DNA from: an uncultured Hyphomicrobiales bacterium
GTDB lineage: Bacteria; Pseudomonadota; Alphaproteobacteria; Reyranellales; JAQSWP01
Reading direction: 5' to 3'
NCBI GenBank assembly: GCA_964388115.1
Contig: CAYLYK010000004.1
Location: 150,975-214,974, forward strand
DNA length: 64,000 nt
Below the pieces are notes generated by a model. It made no database searches, was not told the origin of the DNA, and saw only the letters and a program-made list of their open reading frames with translations. Each line of letters starts with the position of its first letter. The first letter of the stretch is position 1. The translations under genes and the position numbers were made by a program. Shown here in pieces: positions 19,643 through 30,446 of the stretch.

Positions 19643-21156
19643 GTTTTTTTCGGCAGTTCGTCGATCACGATTTCCGGCTTGCAGTCGAAAGCTTCCGCAA
19701 GCGACTCCAGCCGCCGCTCCGTCACGTCGCCCAGCTGGTTGCGCAAGGCCGGCGGCACGATCAGCGTTATGACGCCCTTGCCGCGCCGCAACGCCGTGCG
19801 CGGCAGCAATCCCGGCGCGCCGCCCGAGAGATTGTAGGCCAGCCGCAGCGAGGTGCCGATGCGCTGCGCCACCGCCGCCCATTCGTCCTCGATCAGATTC
19901 AGCGCCATCGCCGCATCGTCGCCGCGCACGCCGCTCTTGTAGCGCCACATCAGGGCCAGCGCGAGCATGGCCCGTTCGCGATGGTCGATGCCCGGCACCG
20001 GCATGCGCAGCACCCGCACCAAGGCCTGGTCGCCGCGATAGTCGGGATGGTCGGCCCAGGCGATGTCGCTCAGCAGCGAGGCGGCGCGGCGCAAGCGCGC
20101 TTCCTGCGTCGTCTCGCCCTCGAACACCGGCGAGATCCAGTCGTGGATTTCGTCCGGCATCAGTTCGAAACGCCGCCAGCGCTCGCCTTCGTCCTCGGCA
20201 TAGGCGATCAGCGGATCGCGCTGCTGCTCTTCCTTCGGCAGATTGCTGTAGAAGAATCCCTCGCGCAGGCCGAAAGCTGAGAAGCGCAAGGTCTTGGGCT
20301 GCAGGATCGCCAGCACCCGCTCCAGCACCTGCAGCGAGATCGGCAGCGTCTCCAGCCGGCGCTTGGAAACGCCGACGATCTTCTCCAGCGATTTCGGGCT
20401 TTGCTGCGACAGCATCGCCGCCATCTCGCGGCCTTCGCGGCCCGAGATGCGATATTCGTGGATCACGTGCAGCGGGTAGTTGACCTGCTCCATGTGCAGC
20501 CGGGCGAAAGCGCGCCAGGCGCCGCCTACCGGATAGAACGTGCGGCCGCGATAGGCTTGCAGCCACTTCACGCCCGCAAGCGCGCCATCGATCACTTCCT
20601 TGGCGGTGCGCTTGCCGTTCATCGCCTGCAGGCGCAAAGGCCCCAGCGGCAAGGTCACCGATTGGCCCAGCTTGCCCTTGTCGAGCGCCATCAATTCCAG
20701 ACTGCCGCCGCCCAGATCGCCCATCACGCCATCGGCGCCGGGCATGCCGCAGATCACGCCAAGAGCCGAAAGCTCGGCCTCGCGATTGCCGCTGATGAGC
20801 TGCACCTTCTCGCCGGTGCGCCGTTGCACTTCGGCGATGAAGGCTTCGCCATCCGTGGCGTCGCGCACGGCGGCGGTCGCCAGCAGATCGAGGCGAGCCA
20901 CCTTCATGTTGCGCGCCAGGGTCACGAAGCGTTGCAGATTGTCGAGCGCGCTGGAAACGCCGTCGGCCGGCAAGCCGCCGGTACGTTCGAGATCGCGCCC
21001 CAGGCCGCACAGGACTTTCTCGTTGAAGACCGGCATCGGCGCGCGCTGCGCCTGTTCGTAGACCACCAGACGGATCGAGTTCGAGCCGATGTCGATGATG
21101 CCGATGCGCCCCGAATCGACTGGCTGGCGATGGGATGCGGCGCGGGTCTCGCTCAT
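19639..21156 (-). CDS. ppx: Exopolyphosphatase (Ppx/GppA family)
   Basis: 'IGIIDIGSNSIRLVV' and 'DLGGGSLE' motifs. Adjacent to ppk. Confidence 0.9.
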   Translation of the reverse strand: MSETRAASHRQPVDSGRIGIIDIGSNSIRLVVYEQAQRAPMPVFNEKVLCGLGRDLERTGGLPADGVSSALDNLQRFVTLARNMKVARLDLLATAAVRDATDGEAFIAEVQRRTGEKVQLISGNREAELSALGVICGMPGADGVMGDLGGGSLELMALDKGKLGQSVTLPLGPLRLQAMNGKRTAKEVIDGALAGVKWLQAYRGRTFYPVGGAWRAFARLHMEQVNYPLHVIHEYRISGREGREMAAMLSQQSPKSLEKIVGVSKRRLETLPISLQVLERVLAILQPKTLRFSAFGLREGFFYSNLPKEEQQRDPLIAYAEDEGERWRRFELMPDEIHDWISPVFEGETTQEARLRRAASLLSDIAWADHPDYRGDQALVRVLRMPVPGIDHRERAMLALALMWRYKSGVRGDDAAMALNLIEDEWAAVAQRIGTSLRLAYNLSGGAPGLLPRTALRRGKGVITLIVPPALRNQLGDVTERRLESLAEAFDCKPEIVIDELPKKT

Positions 21157-21213
21157 GGCGAGGGTTTAGCTTCTGGCGCCATCCCGTGCAATGCGTCAGT
21201 TATGCCCGGCCCT

Positions 21214-23448
21214 TTAGCTCTTGTCGCGGCCGTTGCGCGACTGGGGTTCATGGCGCAGGGCGCTGCCGCGCCCCGACAGGCTGGGGTTGGTCATGAAATA
21301 CACATGCGCGCTGTGGGCTTTCTCGTCTGCCGCCATGCGCACGTATTCGCCATCCGGCATCAGCCGCCAGCTTTGCGCCACGTCCTTCAGGTTGTTGAGC
21401 ATGATCTGGTCGACGATTTGCTGGTGCACGGTGGGATTCTCGATCGGCACCAGGGTCTCGACGCGGCGATCGAGATTGCGCGGCATCCAGTCGGCCGAAG
21501 AGATGAAAACCTTCGCCTTGCGTGACGGCAGCTTGTCGCCATTGCCGAAGCAGACGATGCGGGCGTGTTCCAGATAGCGGCCGACGATGCTCTTGACGCG
21601 GATATTCTCCGACAGGCCCGGCACGCCCGGCCGCAGGCAGCAGATGCCGCGCACCACCAGATCGATCTGCACGCCGGCTTTCGATGCCTCGTAAAGCGCG
21701 TCGATGATGCCGGCATCGACCAGCGAATTCATCTTGGCCCAGATCGCCGCCGGCTTGCCTTGCGCCGCCAGCGCCGCTTCGGCCTCGATATGGCGCAGCA
21801 GGGTCTGGCGCAGATTGACCGGCGAGATGGCGATCTTTTCCAGCTCGGTCGGGCGGGCGTAGCCCGTCATGTAGTTGAACACCCGCGCCGCATCGCGAAC
21901 CAGAATCGGATCGCAGGTGAAGAAGGAAAGATCGGTGTAGATCTTGGCGGTGATCGGATGGTAGTTGCCGGTGCCGAAATGCACGTAGGTGCGCGCGCTG
22001 CCGCCTTCGCGGCGCACCACCATCGACACCTTGGCGTGAGTCTTCAGGTCGATGAAGCCGTAGACGACCTGCACGCCGGCGCGCTCCAGATCGCGCGACC
22101 AGCGGATATTGGCCTCCTCGTCGAAGCGCGCCTTGAGCTCGACCAGCGCGGTGACGGTTTTGCCCGCCTCGGCGGCTTCGATCAGCGCCTTGACGATGGG
22201 CGAATCCTGGCTGGTGCGATAGAGCGTCTGCTTGATGGCGATCACCGCCGGATCGCGCGCCGCCTGGCGGATGAACTGCACCACCACATCGAAGCTCTCG
22301 TACGGATGGTGAACGAGGATGTCCTTGGCGCGGATGGCGGCGAAGCAATCGCCGCCGAAATCGCGAATGCGCTCGGGAAAGCGCGCCGTATAGGGCGGAA
22401 ACTTAAGGTCGGGCCGCTCATCGACGATGACGGCATTGACCGATTCGATGTTGAGCGACAGGTCGAGCGCGAAGACATCGACCTCGTCCCCGGTGATCTC
22501 CAGCTGCTCGAGCAGGAATTCGCGCAGATGCGCCGGCATCTCGGCATTCAAGGTAAGCGAGATCAGATCGCCGCGGCGACGGCCTTTCAGCGCCGCCTCG
22601 AAGGTCGTGACCAGATCTTCGGCTTCTTCGTTGATTTCGACTTCGGAGTCGCGGATCAGGCGGCAGTAACCCTTGTTGACCACCTTGTAGCCCGGAAACA
22701 GCCGGTCGAAATACATCTCGACCACGCGCTTGATCGACAGGAAGCGCAGCTCCTTGCCGGGAAGACGGACGAAACGCTCCAGCTGCTGCGGCAGCGGCAG
22801 CAGACCCATCATGTTGCGGCCGTCCGAGGCGCGGCGCAGTTCCAGCAGGCACGAAGTGGAAAGATTGGCCAGGAAAGGGAACGGATGCGCCGGGTCGATC
22901 GCCAGCGGCGTCAGCACCGGAAACACCTGATCGATGAAATATTGGTCGAGCCAGGTTTTCTCGTCAGTCGACAATTCGTCGGCTTCGATGACGGCAATGC
23001 CTTCGCGGCGCAATTCAGTACGCAGCCTGGCCCACACCGTCTGCTGCTTGTTGATCAAGGACGTGGCCATCTCGCGAATCGCCAGCAATTGCTGCTGCGG
23101 CGTCAGACCGTCATCGGACGGCGTCTGGATGCCCGACCGCACCATGTCGCGCAGGCCGGCGACGCGCACCATGTAGAACTCGTCGAGATTGTTGGCCGAG
23201 ATCGACAGGAAGCGCACCCGCTCCAGCAGCGGATGGTGCGGATTGGTCGCCTCTTCCAACACGCGGGTATTGAAGGCCAGCCAGGACAGCTCGCGATTGA
23301 TGAACCGACGCGGGGATTTGGGATCGAGCAGCGCCACGCCGTCCTCGACGACGGGCAGCGGGGCGATCCTGGCCGCAGGCTTGGCGCCAGACGCCAGCGG
23401 CACAGCCAATTCAGTCGCGGGGCCGGCAAGCTCGGCTTTCGCTGTCAT
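21214..23448 (-). CDS. ppk: Polyphosphate kinase 1
   Basis: '[20 protein letters not shown]', '[12 protein letters not shown]', and the PLD-like C-terminal domains 'HAKVSMV' and 'LEHARI'. Confidence 0.95.
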   Translation of the reverse strand: MTAKAELAGPATELAVPLASGAKPAARIAPLPVVEDGVALLDPKSPRRFINRELSWLAFNTRVLEEATNPHHPLLERVRFLSISANNLDEFYMVRVAGLRDMVRSGIQTPSDDGLTPQQQLLAIREMATSLINKQQTVWARLRTELRREGIAVIEADELSTDEKTWLDQYFIDQVFPVLTPLAIDPAHPFPFLANLSTSCLLELRRASDGRNMMGLLPLPQQLERFVRLPGKELRFLSIKRVVEMYFDRLFPGYKVVNKGYCRLIRDSEVEINEEAEDLVTTFEAALKGRRRGDLISLTLNAEMPAHLREFLLEQLEITGDEVDVFALDLSLNIESVNAVIVDERPDLKFPPYTARFPERIRDFGGDCFAAIRAKDILVHHPYESFDVVVQFIRQAARDPAVIAIKQTLYRTSQDSPIVKALIEAAEAGKTVTALVELKARFDEEANIRWSRDLERAGVQVVYGFIDLKTHAKVSMVVRREGGSARTYVHFGTGNYHPITAKIYTDLSFFTCDPILVRDAARVFNYMTGYARPTELEKIAISPVNLRQTLLRHIEAEAALAAQGKPAAIWAKMNSLVDAGIIDALYEASKAGVQIDLVVRGICCLRPGVPGLSENIRVKSIVGRYLEHARIVCFGNGDKLPSRKAKVFISSADWMPRNLDRRVETLVPIENPTVHQQIVDQIMLNNLKDVAQSWRLMPDGEYVRMAADEKAHSAHVYFMTNPSLSGRGSALRHEPQSRNGRDKS

Positions 23449-23582
23449 TTCCCTGTCCAGAAGCTCGAAAAGAGACGTTTTTCACCAACTAATTTAGGCA
23501 TTCTACATGACTCTGTCATGACATCCTGTTAAGCATCTGACGAAACACGGTAAATCCGGCTTTTTCAAGGAAACGTCTTGTC

Positions 23583-24104
23583 ATGAAAACGCTTTGTCTG
23601 TTGCGGCACGCCAAATCGGCCTGGCCGTCCGGAATCGGCGATTTCGACCGGCCGCTGAATGGCCGCGGGCGGGATACCGCGGGCGTGATGGGTCGCTACA
23701 TGGCCGGCGCAGGTCTGGCGCCCGATCTGGTGCTGTGTTCGGCCGCGACCCGCACCAAGGAAACGCTCGAACTGGCCGCCCTGTTCTGGAAGAACCGGCC
23801 GACCATCGTGATCGAGCCGGAACTCTATTTGGCCGGCGAGCGAACCTTGCTGGCGCAGGCGCGGCGCATCGAGAACCGTCACAACGTCGCGCTGATCATC
23901 GGCCACAACCCCGGCACCCAGGCGCTGGCGCTGGAACTGGCCGCAGGCGCGCCGAAGATGGAAATGGACCGGCTGGCGACCAAGTATCCGACTGCGGGAT
24001 TGTCGGTGTTCGATTTCGACGTCGAGGACTGGGCGCAGATCGGACCGGAGAACGCGACCTTGCGCATCTTCACAACGCCACGATCCTTGGCGGCGCGCAG
24101 CTAG
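23583..24104 (+). CDS. Histidine phosphatase family protein (SixA-like)
   Basis: 'LCLLRHAKSAW' RHG motif and 'IIGHNPG'. Confidence 0.8.
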   Translation: MKTLCLLRHAKSAWPSGIGDFDRPLNGRGRDTAGVMGRYMAGAGLAPDLVLCSAATRTKETLELAALFWKNRPTIVIEPELYLAGERTLLAQARRIENRHNVALIIGHNPGTQALALELAAGAPKMEMDRLATKYPTAGLSVFDFDVEDWAQIGPENATLRIFTTPRSLAARS

Positions 24105-24115
24105 CCCTCGCTTTT

Positions 24116-24228
24116 CGTCATGGCACGGCTTGACCGGGCCGTCCATGCGGGTGGCAGTTGCCGCTGTTCACTAGCGAAGGCGGAGTGGCAGAACCATGGG
24201 TCGCCCGGTCAAGCCGGGCGATGACAAC
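24116..24228. repeat. Inverted pair of ~32-bp GC-rich hairpin repeats (REP-like, 'VKPG.DD'-type element)
   Basis: The reverse complement of 24116-24146 (ATGGACGGCCCGGTCAAGCCGTGCCATGACGA) resembles 24196-24228 (ATGGGTCGCCCGGTCAAGCCGGGCGATGACAA). The second copy folds as TCGCCCGG-TCAAG-CCGGGCGA. Confidence 0.5.
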
Positions 24229-24243
24229 TATTTGCGGAGGGAG

Positions 24244-24714
24244 CTACTTCACCCGCGTCCAGGTCTGCGACTTGCCCAGCATCGGCATCAGCACGTAGCC
24301 GCGCAACACGAGCCTGTCGGGATTCTCCAGCTTGATGCGCGCGCTGTAGGTGTCGCCGTCTTCGGCATTGTAGATCTTGCCGTTTTCATAGGTGCCGGGC
24401 TCGTCCGCCGCCGCCTGGAAGCCATAGAGGAATTCCAGGCCGAGTATCTTGCGGCTGCGCAATGCCGGATCGGGATTCTTAACGTCGCTCACTTCCTCGA
24501 CGCTGGCCGCCGGCGTGCCGTCGGGATGGGTGGCGTTGCGCAGCCACACCACCTTGCCGCAGACGATGCCGCGCGCGGCATCGGCGCAGCGATAGAGCTC
24601 GACATGGGCGTTGGTCGATTCGGTCTGCCACTTGCCGTAGACGTCGGCGCCGTTTTGCGCCTGGACCGGCAGTGCCATCAAGGCGGCGACTGCCGCAACA
24701 GCAAGAGTGCGCAT
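24244..24714 (-). CDS. DUF2147 domain-containing periplasmic protein
   Basis: Signal peptide 'MRTLAVAAVAALMALPVQA'. 'GKWQTE...GKVVWL' pattern recalled for DUF2147. The start shares one nt with the upstream stop (TGATG). Confidence 0.65.
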   Translation of the reverse strand: MRTLAVAAVAALMALPVQAQNGADVYGKWQTESTNAHVELYRCADAARGIVCGKVVWLRNATHPDGTPAASVEEVSDVKNPDPALRSRKILGLEFLYGFQAAADEPGTYENGKIYNAEDGDTYSARIKLENPDRLVLRGYVLMPMLGKSQTWTRVK

Positions 24715-25493
24715 CAGAAAGTCCCCGGATACTGGCCGCCATCCATCAGGATGTTCTGGCCGGTGACGTAGCCCGCATGCACGCTGCACAGGAAGGCGCA
24801 CATGGCGCCGAATTCCTCCGCCGTGCCGAAGCGCCCCGACGGATTGGATTTGGCGGCAATCTCCGCTTCTTCCTCGACCGAGCGATTGGAGTTGCGCGCG
24901 CGGGTGGCGATGTTGGAGCGCAGCCGGTCGGTGTCGAACGGGCCGGGCAGCAGGTTGTTGATGGTTACGCCATGCTTGCCGGTGGTCCGCGCCAGGCCGG
25001 CGATGAAGCCGGTCAGGCCCGAGCGCGCGCCGTTGGAGAGACCCAGAATGTCGATCGGCGCTTTGACAGCACTTGAGGTGATGTTGACCACCCGCCCATA
25101 GCCCCGCTTCATCATGCCGTCGACCGTGGCCTTGATCAGCTCGATCGGCGTCAGCATGTTGGCGTCGACCGCCTTGATCCAGTCCTCGCGCGTCCAGTTG
25201 CGGAAATTGCCGGGCGGCGGGCCGCCGGCATTGTTGATGAGGATGTCGGGCTCGGGACAGGCTTTCAACGCCGCGGCTCGGCCCGCTTCAGTGGTGATGT
25301 CACCGGCGATGGCGGTCACCGTGACGCCGGTCGCCTTGCGGATTTCGTCGGCCGTCTTTTCCAGATCAGAAGCGGTGCGCGCGGTGATGACGACATGCAC
25401 GCCCTCGCGCGCCAGCGCCATGGCGCACCCCCTGCCCAGCCCCTTGCTGGCGGCGCAGACGATCGCCTTGCGGCCCTTGATACCCAGATCCAT
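24714..25493 (-). CDS. SDR family oxidoreductase
   Basis: 'AIVCAASKGLGRG' cofactor-binding motif and typical SDR length. Trimmed to ATG 25493. Confidence 0.8.
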   Translation of the reverse strand: MDLGIKGRKAIVCAASKGLGRGCAMALAREGVHVVITARTASDLEKTADEIRKATGVTVTAIAGDITTEAGRAAALKACPEPDILINNAGGPPPGNFRNWTREDWIKAVDANMLTPIELIKATVDGMMKRGYGRVVNITSSAVKAPIDILGLSNGARSGLTGFIAGLARTTGKHGVTINNLLPGPFDTDRLRSNIATRARNSNRSVEEEAEIAAKSNPSGRFGTAEEFGAMCAFLCSVHAGYVTGQNILMDGGQYPGTF

Positions 25494-25497
25494 CGCG

Positions 25498-26211
25498 TTA
25501 CTCCCCTTCGCTTTTGTCCTGTTGTAGCGCGGCCAGAACCTTGGCCGCCAGCGGCACGGTGATCGCCCGCTTGCCGGCCAGCGCCTCGGCATCGATGGCG
25601 GCGACCAGCGCTCGTGCCGATTCCAGCGAGCGATCCATGCGCGGCAGCAGATAGGCGATCACTTCGCCGCCCAGGCTGACCTGCCGGTCGGCGAAGAGTT
25701 TCACCAGCACCGCCCCCAGCAATGCCTCGTCGGGCGCACCGACCGAAACCGTATTCAGCGCCGCAAGACGCGAGCGCAGATCGGGCAGCGCCACGGGCCA
25801 TCGCGACGGCGGCTGCCGGCCGATCAGCAGCAGCGAACCGCCTTGCTGTCGAATGAGATTCAAAAGATGGAACAATGAGGTTTCGGCCGTAGCATTGCCG
25901 GCCGTGCGATCGGCGGCATCGAACACAAGCGCGGTCGGCGGCAACGAAGCAAGTTCGGGCAGCGCCGCGCCCAGCGTCTCGGGCGTTATCCAGCGCGCGC
26001 CGGTGCGACTGGCCCAGATATGGGCGAGATGCGTCTTGCCGCTGCCGGGCGGTCCGCTGACGGCCATGGTCGAGCCCGCATCGCCGGCAAATCCATCGAG
26101 CGCCGCCATGGCCGACTGGTTGGCTTCCGCCACCAGGAAATCGGCGCGGCTGAAATGCGGACGGTGCGGCAGATCGAGCGCCAGCTGACGCGAGGCCGAC
26201 GGCAGGCTCAT
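25498..26211 (-). CDS. hdaA: DnaA regulatory inactivator HdaA-like protein
   Basis: 'VSGPPGSGKTHLAHIW' Walker A. ~237 aa. Conserved position next to the AI-2E permease and purMN. ATGA overlap with the upstream gene. The track ORF to 27339 is a spurious extension. Confidence 0.78.
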   Translation of the reverse strand: MSLPSASRQLALDLPHRPHFSRADFLVAEANQSAMAALDGFAGDAGSTMAVSGPPGSGKTHLAHIWASRTGARWITPETLGAALPELASLPPTALVFDAADRTAGNATAETSLFHLLNLIRQQGGSLLLIGRQPPSRWPVALPDLRSRLAALNTVSVGAPDEALLGAVLVKLFADRQVSLGGEVIAYLLPRMDRSLESARALVAAIDAEALAGKRAITVPLAAKVLAALQQDKSEGE

Positions 26212-27374
26212 GATTGCCGTGGCGGCTCGGCTTCGACCACGCCTTCGGTGGTGGCCGCGCTGGGATCGATCATCACCGGCGGCACCTGGAAGGGCGGCAC
26301 GTGGCCATCGTCGTAATAGCGGCTCGCCAGATATTCCTTCATGAAATGCCGGCACAGCACGCCGATGATCGCCGCCACCGGCACCGCCAGAAGCAGCCCG
26401 GTGAAGCCGAACAGCGCGCCGCCGGCCATCAGGGCGAACATGACCCAAACGGCATGCAGGCCGACGCGGTCGCCGACCAGCTTGGGCGACAGGTAATTGC
26501 CTTCGACCGCCTGGCCGAAAACGAAGATCCCGGCGACGATGCCGACGCTGACCCAGTCGGGCGGGAATTGCGCCAGCGCCATGCCGATCGCCAGCACGCC
26601 GCCAACCATGCTGCCGACATAGGGCAGGAAGGTGATCAAGCCGGCGATCAAGCCGATTACCAGGCCGAACTCCAGCCCGACCAGCGCCAGCGACAAGGCA
26701 TAGAACGTGCCCAGGATGAGGCAGACCAGCGCCTGGCCGCGCATGTAGCCAGCGATCGACTGGTCGGCCTCGGTGCTTATCTGGCGAATGGTGCCGGCGT
26801 AGCGGCGCGGCAGCCAGGAATCGATCTTGGCGATCATGACGTCCCAGTCGCGCAGCATGTAGAACGCCACGACCGGCGTCAGCACGACGGTGGCCACGAT
26901 GTCGAACAGCGCCAGCCCGCCGGCCAGCACCGAACCCATGGCGTTGCCGAGCCAGGCGAAAATCTTGGGCCCGCCCTCGCGCACCGCTTCGGCAACTTCG
27001 TTCGACACGGTGCCGGAGATTCCCAAGGTGGGCCGCAGGGCTTCGATCTTGGGCATCAGGCGCATGTTCAGTTCGGACAAGTATCGCGGCAGGTTCTTGC
27101 CGAAAGCGACGGTCTGATCGTAGATCATCGGCGCCATCAGCAGCAGGAAGGCCGACAGCAGGATCAGGAAGGCTATGAGGATGACCGCGGTGCTGAGCGT
27201 TCGCCCCATGCCGCGGCGCTCGAGGTCGTCCACCAGAGGATCGAGGAAATAGGCCAGGATCATGCCAGCCACGAAGGGGAACAGCACGTCGCTCAACAGC
27301 CACAGCAAGACCAGCGTGACGATCGCCACGACGATCCACGCTCTCAGTTGCTTGCGTTCGGTCAAAATGGGCAT
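26208..27374 (-). CDS. AI-2E family transporter (PerM/UPF0118)
   Basis: Multi-pass membrane protein with UPF0118-like layout. The track start 27407 is a TTG, so ATG 27374 behind GGAAGAG is preferred. Confidence 0.82.
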   Translation of the reverse strand: MPILTERKQLRAWIVVAIVTLVLLWLLSDVLFPFVAGMILAYFLDPLVDDLERRGMGRTLSTAVILIAFLILLSAFLLLMAPMIYDQTVAFGKNLPRYLSELNMRLMPKIEALRPTLGISGTVSNEVAEAVREGGPKIFAWLGNAMGSVLAGGLALFDIVATVVLTPVVAFYMLRDWDVMIAKIDSWLPRRYAGTIRQISTEADQSIAGYMRGQALVCLILGTFYALSLALVGLEFGLVIGLIAGLITFLPYVGSMVGGVLAIGMALAQFPPDWVSVGIVAGIFVFGQAVEGNYLSPKLVGDRVGLHAVWVMFALMAGGALFGFTGLLLAVPVAAIIGVLCRHFMKEYLASRYYDDGHVPPFQVPPVMIDPSAATTEGVVEAEPPRQS

Positions 27375-27435
27375 GAGCTCTTCCAAGGACGAATGATCGA
27401 CTGGCAATAACGCACGGCGGGCTCGGCGGTTCTCC

Positions 27436-28551
27436 CTATTGCGGCCGGGCCGCAGGCGCGGCCTTCGAACGCAGAACCCAGCCGCCGCCCTCTTCGGTCA
27501 GGACGAGATCGGCCTGCGCCAATGCAGCCTGAAGCTGCTGCGGCGTGCCGGCATAATCCAGCGTGATTTCCGCCGCCCCCACACCCAGCGAACGCACCGC
27601 CACCGTCTTGATCGCCGGCACGCCCGAGAGTTGCTTGCGAATGGCAATCCATTCGCCGAGCTGCCGTATGGGCACGCTGACATCCAAAATCGCCGCCGGG
27701 CCGCTGCCGACCAGGGCGGCGGCCGATTTCCAGCTCTCTTCCACTTCCTGCGAAATGGCGAGCGCGGTTGCCAGCAGCGCTTCGGGCGGGCGACGGGGCG
27801 AAACGGCAATGCGCTGCGCCTGGCCGCCGCCGATCTGATAGCGGCTGACGATCAGCTGATCGATGGTCTCGTTGGCGCCGGAAGTGGCGAACGCCACAAT
27901 GACGGCGCTGGTGCCATAGCGCTGGGCGATGGCGGCAAGTGCGGCCGGATCGCCCGACGTCGCCTGTTCGGCCGTTATCGCCTGCAGGTCGCCCAGATCG
28001 CCCAGGGGCGTCAGCAGCGGCACCAGCCCCTTGCCGGCCGCAACCTTGAGCCAGGCCTCGCGCCAGGGATTGCGGTCGTCGAACAGTTGCAGATCGTTGC
28101 CGACCCGCCACACCGGCAGCACCAGCACGGGTTGACTCGGCGTCTCCGCAATGGGAATGCCGGCTTCGCGCATCAACGTGCGCACGGCCTCCGGCTTGAA
28201 GCTGACGGTCAGATCGGCCAGATAGCGCACGGTCGAATTGCGCTCATTGGCGACCTGGAAACCCGCCACCATGTTGGTCAGCGCATTGGCGTCGATCTGC
28301 GGCAGGCGCGGATGATCGGCGCGTAGCGCCAGTCGCTCCAGCAACAGTCGTGCCGCCCGGCGCTGGCCTTGCACGATAGCCTGATCGCGCGCCTGCTGGG
28401 CATTGGCCGCCGTGGCGTCGATCGGCACGCCGGTGATCGTATAGACGTCGGCCAGGGTGGCGGCGGAGGCCGGAACGCCAAAAGCCAGCAAAAAGCCGGT
28501 CAAGGTGGCGAACAAGGCGGCAAGAAAGGAAATTCGGCTCGGGCGAGCCAT
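27436..28551 (-). CDS. DUF2066 domain-containing secreted protein
   Basis: Signal peptide '[24 protein letters not shown]'. Divergent from purM, as in other proteobacteria (recalled synteny). Confidence 0.6.
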   Translation of the reverse strand: MARPSRISFLAALFATLTGFLLAFGVPASAATLADVYTITGVPIDATAANAQQARDQAIVQGQRRAARLLLERLALRADHPRLPQIDANALTNMVAGFQVANERNSTVRYLADLTVSFKPEAVRTLMREAGIPIAETPSQPVLVLPVWRVGNDLQLFDDRNPWREAWLKVAAGKGLVPLLTPLGDLGDLQAITAEQATSGDPAALAAIAQRYGTSAVIVAFATSGANETIDQLIVSRYQIGGGQAQRIAVSPRRPPEALLATALAISQEVEESWKSAAALVGSGPAAILDVSVPIRQLGEWIAIRKQLSGVPAIKTVAVRSLGVGAAEITLDYAGTPQQLQAALAQADLVLTEEGGGWVLRSKAAPAARPQ

Positions 28552-28659
28552 GGGATATCCCCGTTTGTGTGTGCGGTTATGGCGTTGCAAACCGTTTGCG
28601 ATCAAGTATTTTCGCCCCGAATTCGCGTCAAGTCACGTACCCCCCAATCGAGGCCGCCG

Positions 28660-29730
28660 GTGACCGTCAGGAACTCTCTCACCTATCGCGACGCCGGGGT
28701 GGATATCGATGCCGGCGAGGCGCTGGTCGACGCCATCAAGCCTTTGGCCAAAAGCACCACCAGGCCCGGCGTCGTGGGCGGGCTGGGCGGTTTCGGCGCG
28801 CTGTTCGACCTGAAGGCGGCCGGCTTCAAGGACCCGCTGCTGGTATCCGGCACCGACGGCGTCGGCACCAAGCTGAAAGTCGCCATCGAGGCCCGGCGCC
28901 ACGACACGGTGGGCATCGACCTGGTCGCCATGTGCGTCAACGACATCGTCGTGCAAGGCGCGCAGCCGCTGTTTTTCCTCGACTATTACGCCACCGGCAA
29001 GCTCGAGGTCGACGCCGCGCGCGCGGTGATTGCCGGCATCGCCGAAGGCTGCCGCCAGTCCGACTGCGCGCTGATCGGCGGCGAGACGGCGGAAATGCCC
29101 GGCATGTACGCCGACGGCGATTACGATCTGGCGGGTTTTGCCGTTGGCGCCGTCGAGCGCGACCAGCTCCTGCCCAGGCCCGACATCGCAGCCGGTGACG
29201 TGGTGCTGGGTCTGGCCTCGAGCGGCGTTCACTCCAACGGCTTCTCGCTGGTGCGGAAGATCGTCTCCGTCAACAACATGAGCTACGAGCAGCCGGCGCC
29301 GTTCGACAAGGAGCGCGGCCTGGGCGAAGCGCTGCTGACGCCGACCAGACTCTATGTTCGCTCCTGCATGGCGGCGATCAAGTCCGGTGGCGTGAAGGGG
29401 CTGGCGCATATCACCGGCGGCGGTCTGGTCGACAACGTGCCGCGCGTGCTGCCCGAAGGCACGCTTGCCCGGCTCGATGCCACGACGTGGAAATTGCCGC
29501 CGGTGTTCCGCTGGCTGTCGGTGGCGGGCGGCGTGCCGGTGCATGACATGAGCAGAACCTTCAATTGCGGCATCGGCATGGTGCTGGTCTGCGCAGCCAG
29601 TGACGCCGAGCGGCTCGCCGGCGTGCTGCGCCAGCATGGCGAAACCGTCTCGCTGATCGGCCGCATCGAAGCGGGCGACGGCGAAGCTTCCTGCGTCGTC
29701 GATGGCGCGGAGCGGCAATGGCGCGACTGA
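28660..29730 (+). CDS. purM: Phosphoribosylformylglycinamidine cyclo-ligase (AIR synthetase)
   Basis: '[13 protein letters not shown]' and 'SGTDGVGTK'. Start uncertain: GTG 28660 is preferred, ATG 28579 is possible. Confidence 0.9.
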   Translation: MTVRNSLTYRDAGVDIDAGEALVDAIKPLAKSTTRPGVVGGLGGFGALFDLKAAGFKDPLLVSGTDGVGTKLKVAIEARRHDTVGIDLVAMCVNDIVVQGAQPLFFLDYYATGKLEVDAARAVIAGIAEGCRQSDCALIGGETAEMPGMYADGDYDLAGFAVGAVERDQLLPRPDIAAGDVVLGLASSGVHSNGFSLVRKIVSVNNMSYEQPAPFDKERGLGEALLTPTRLYVRSCMAAIKSGGVKGLAHITGGGLVDNVPRVLPEGTLARLDATTWKLPPVFRWLSVAGGVPVHDMSRTFNCGIGMVLVCAASDAERLAGVLRQHGETVSLIGRIEAGDGEASCVVDGAERQWRD

Positions 29731-30362
29731 AGATCGGCGTGCTGATCTCGGGCCGCGGCAGCAACCTGCAGGCCCTGATCCAATCCTGCTCCCGTCCCGA
29801 CAGCAAAGCCGCCATCGCGCTTGTCGTCAGCAATGTCGCCATCGCGGCCGGCCTGCAATTCGCCCACGTCGCGGGCATCCCGACTGTCGTCATCGATCAC
29901 AAACGATATGCTGATCGCGCCAGCTTCGATGCGGCGATGGATGCGGCCTTGCGGGCGGCGGGCGTGGAGTTCGTTTGCCTTGCCGGTTTCATGCGCCTGC
30001 TGAGCGACGGCTTCGTCGAGGGCTGGCGCGATCGGATGGTGAATATCCATCCCTCGCTGCTGCCGCAGTTCAAGGGCCGCCACCCGCAGCGCCAGGCGCT
30101 GGACGCCGGCGCGCGCGAAACCGGCTGCACCGTGCATTACGTGCGACCGGCAATGGATTCGGGACCGATCATCGCGCGCGCAAGGGTGCCGGTTCTCCGC
30201 AGCGACGATGAAGCCACGCTTTCCGCCCGCATCCTGGAGGCCGAGCATCGGCTCTATCCGCTGGTCATGGAACTGATCGCCGACGGCCAAATCACCGTGC
30301 GCGGCGAAGAGGTCGCGTTCGGCGAGCGCGCCCGGCGCGCCCTGGGCATGGCGGCGACCTAG
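29718..30362 (+). CDS. purN: Phosphoribosylglycinamide formyltransferase
   Basis: '[16 protein letters not shown]' and '[12 protein letters not shown]'. Overlaps the purM 3-prime end. Confidence 0.9.
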   Translation: MARLKIGVLISGRGSNLQALIQSCSRPDSKAAIALVVSNVAIAAGLQFAHVAGIPTVVIDHKRYADRASFDAAMDAALRAAGVEFVCLAGFMRLLSDGFVEGWRDRMVNIHPSLLPQFKGRHPQRQALDAGARETGCTVHYVRPAMDSGPIIARARVPVLRSDDEATLSARILEAEHRLYPLVMELIADGQITVRGEEVAFGERARRALGMAAT

Positions 30363-30446
30363 GTTATCCCCCCTCTTTTCTTGCCGGCCCGGTTTCAGTA
30401 TAACGGCCGCATAGCGACGGTCGGGGCCGTTCAAGGGAGAGAATCA

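Noticed and set aside
25498-27339. 613-aa track ORF suggesting one large protein
   Set aside because: Only the C-terminal 237 aa (HdaA-like) look like real protein. The upstream part is the wrong frame of the AI-2E transporter gene. Analogous spurious 5-prime extensions were trimmed for ndk (30638-32626), aspS, rnd, purM, rsmA, MFS, pepA, holC, SDR, DUF2147 and the antitoxin.
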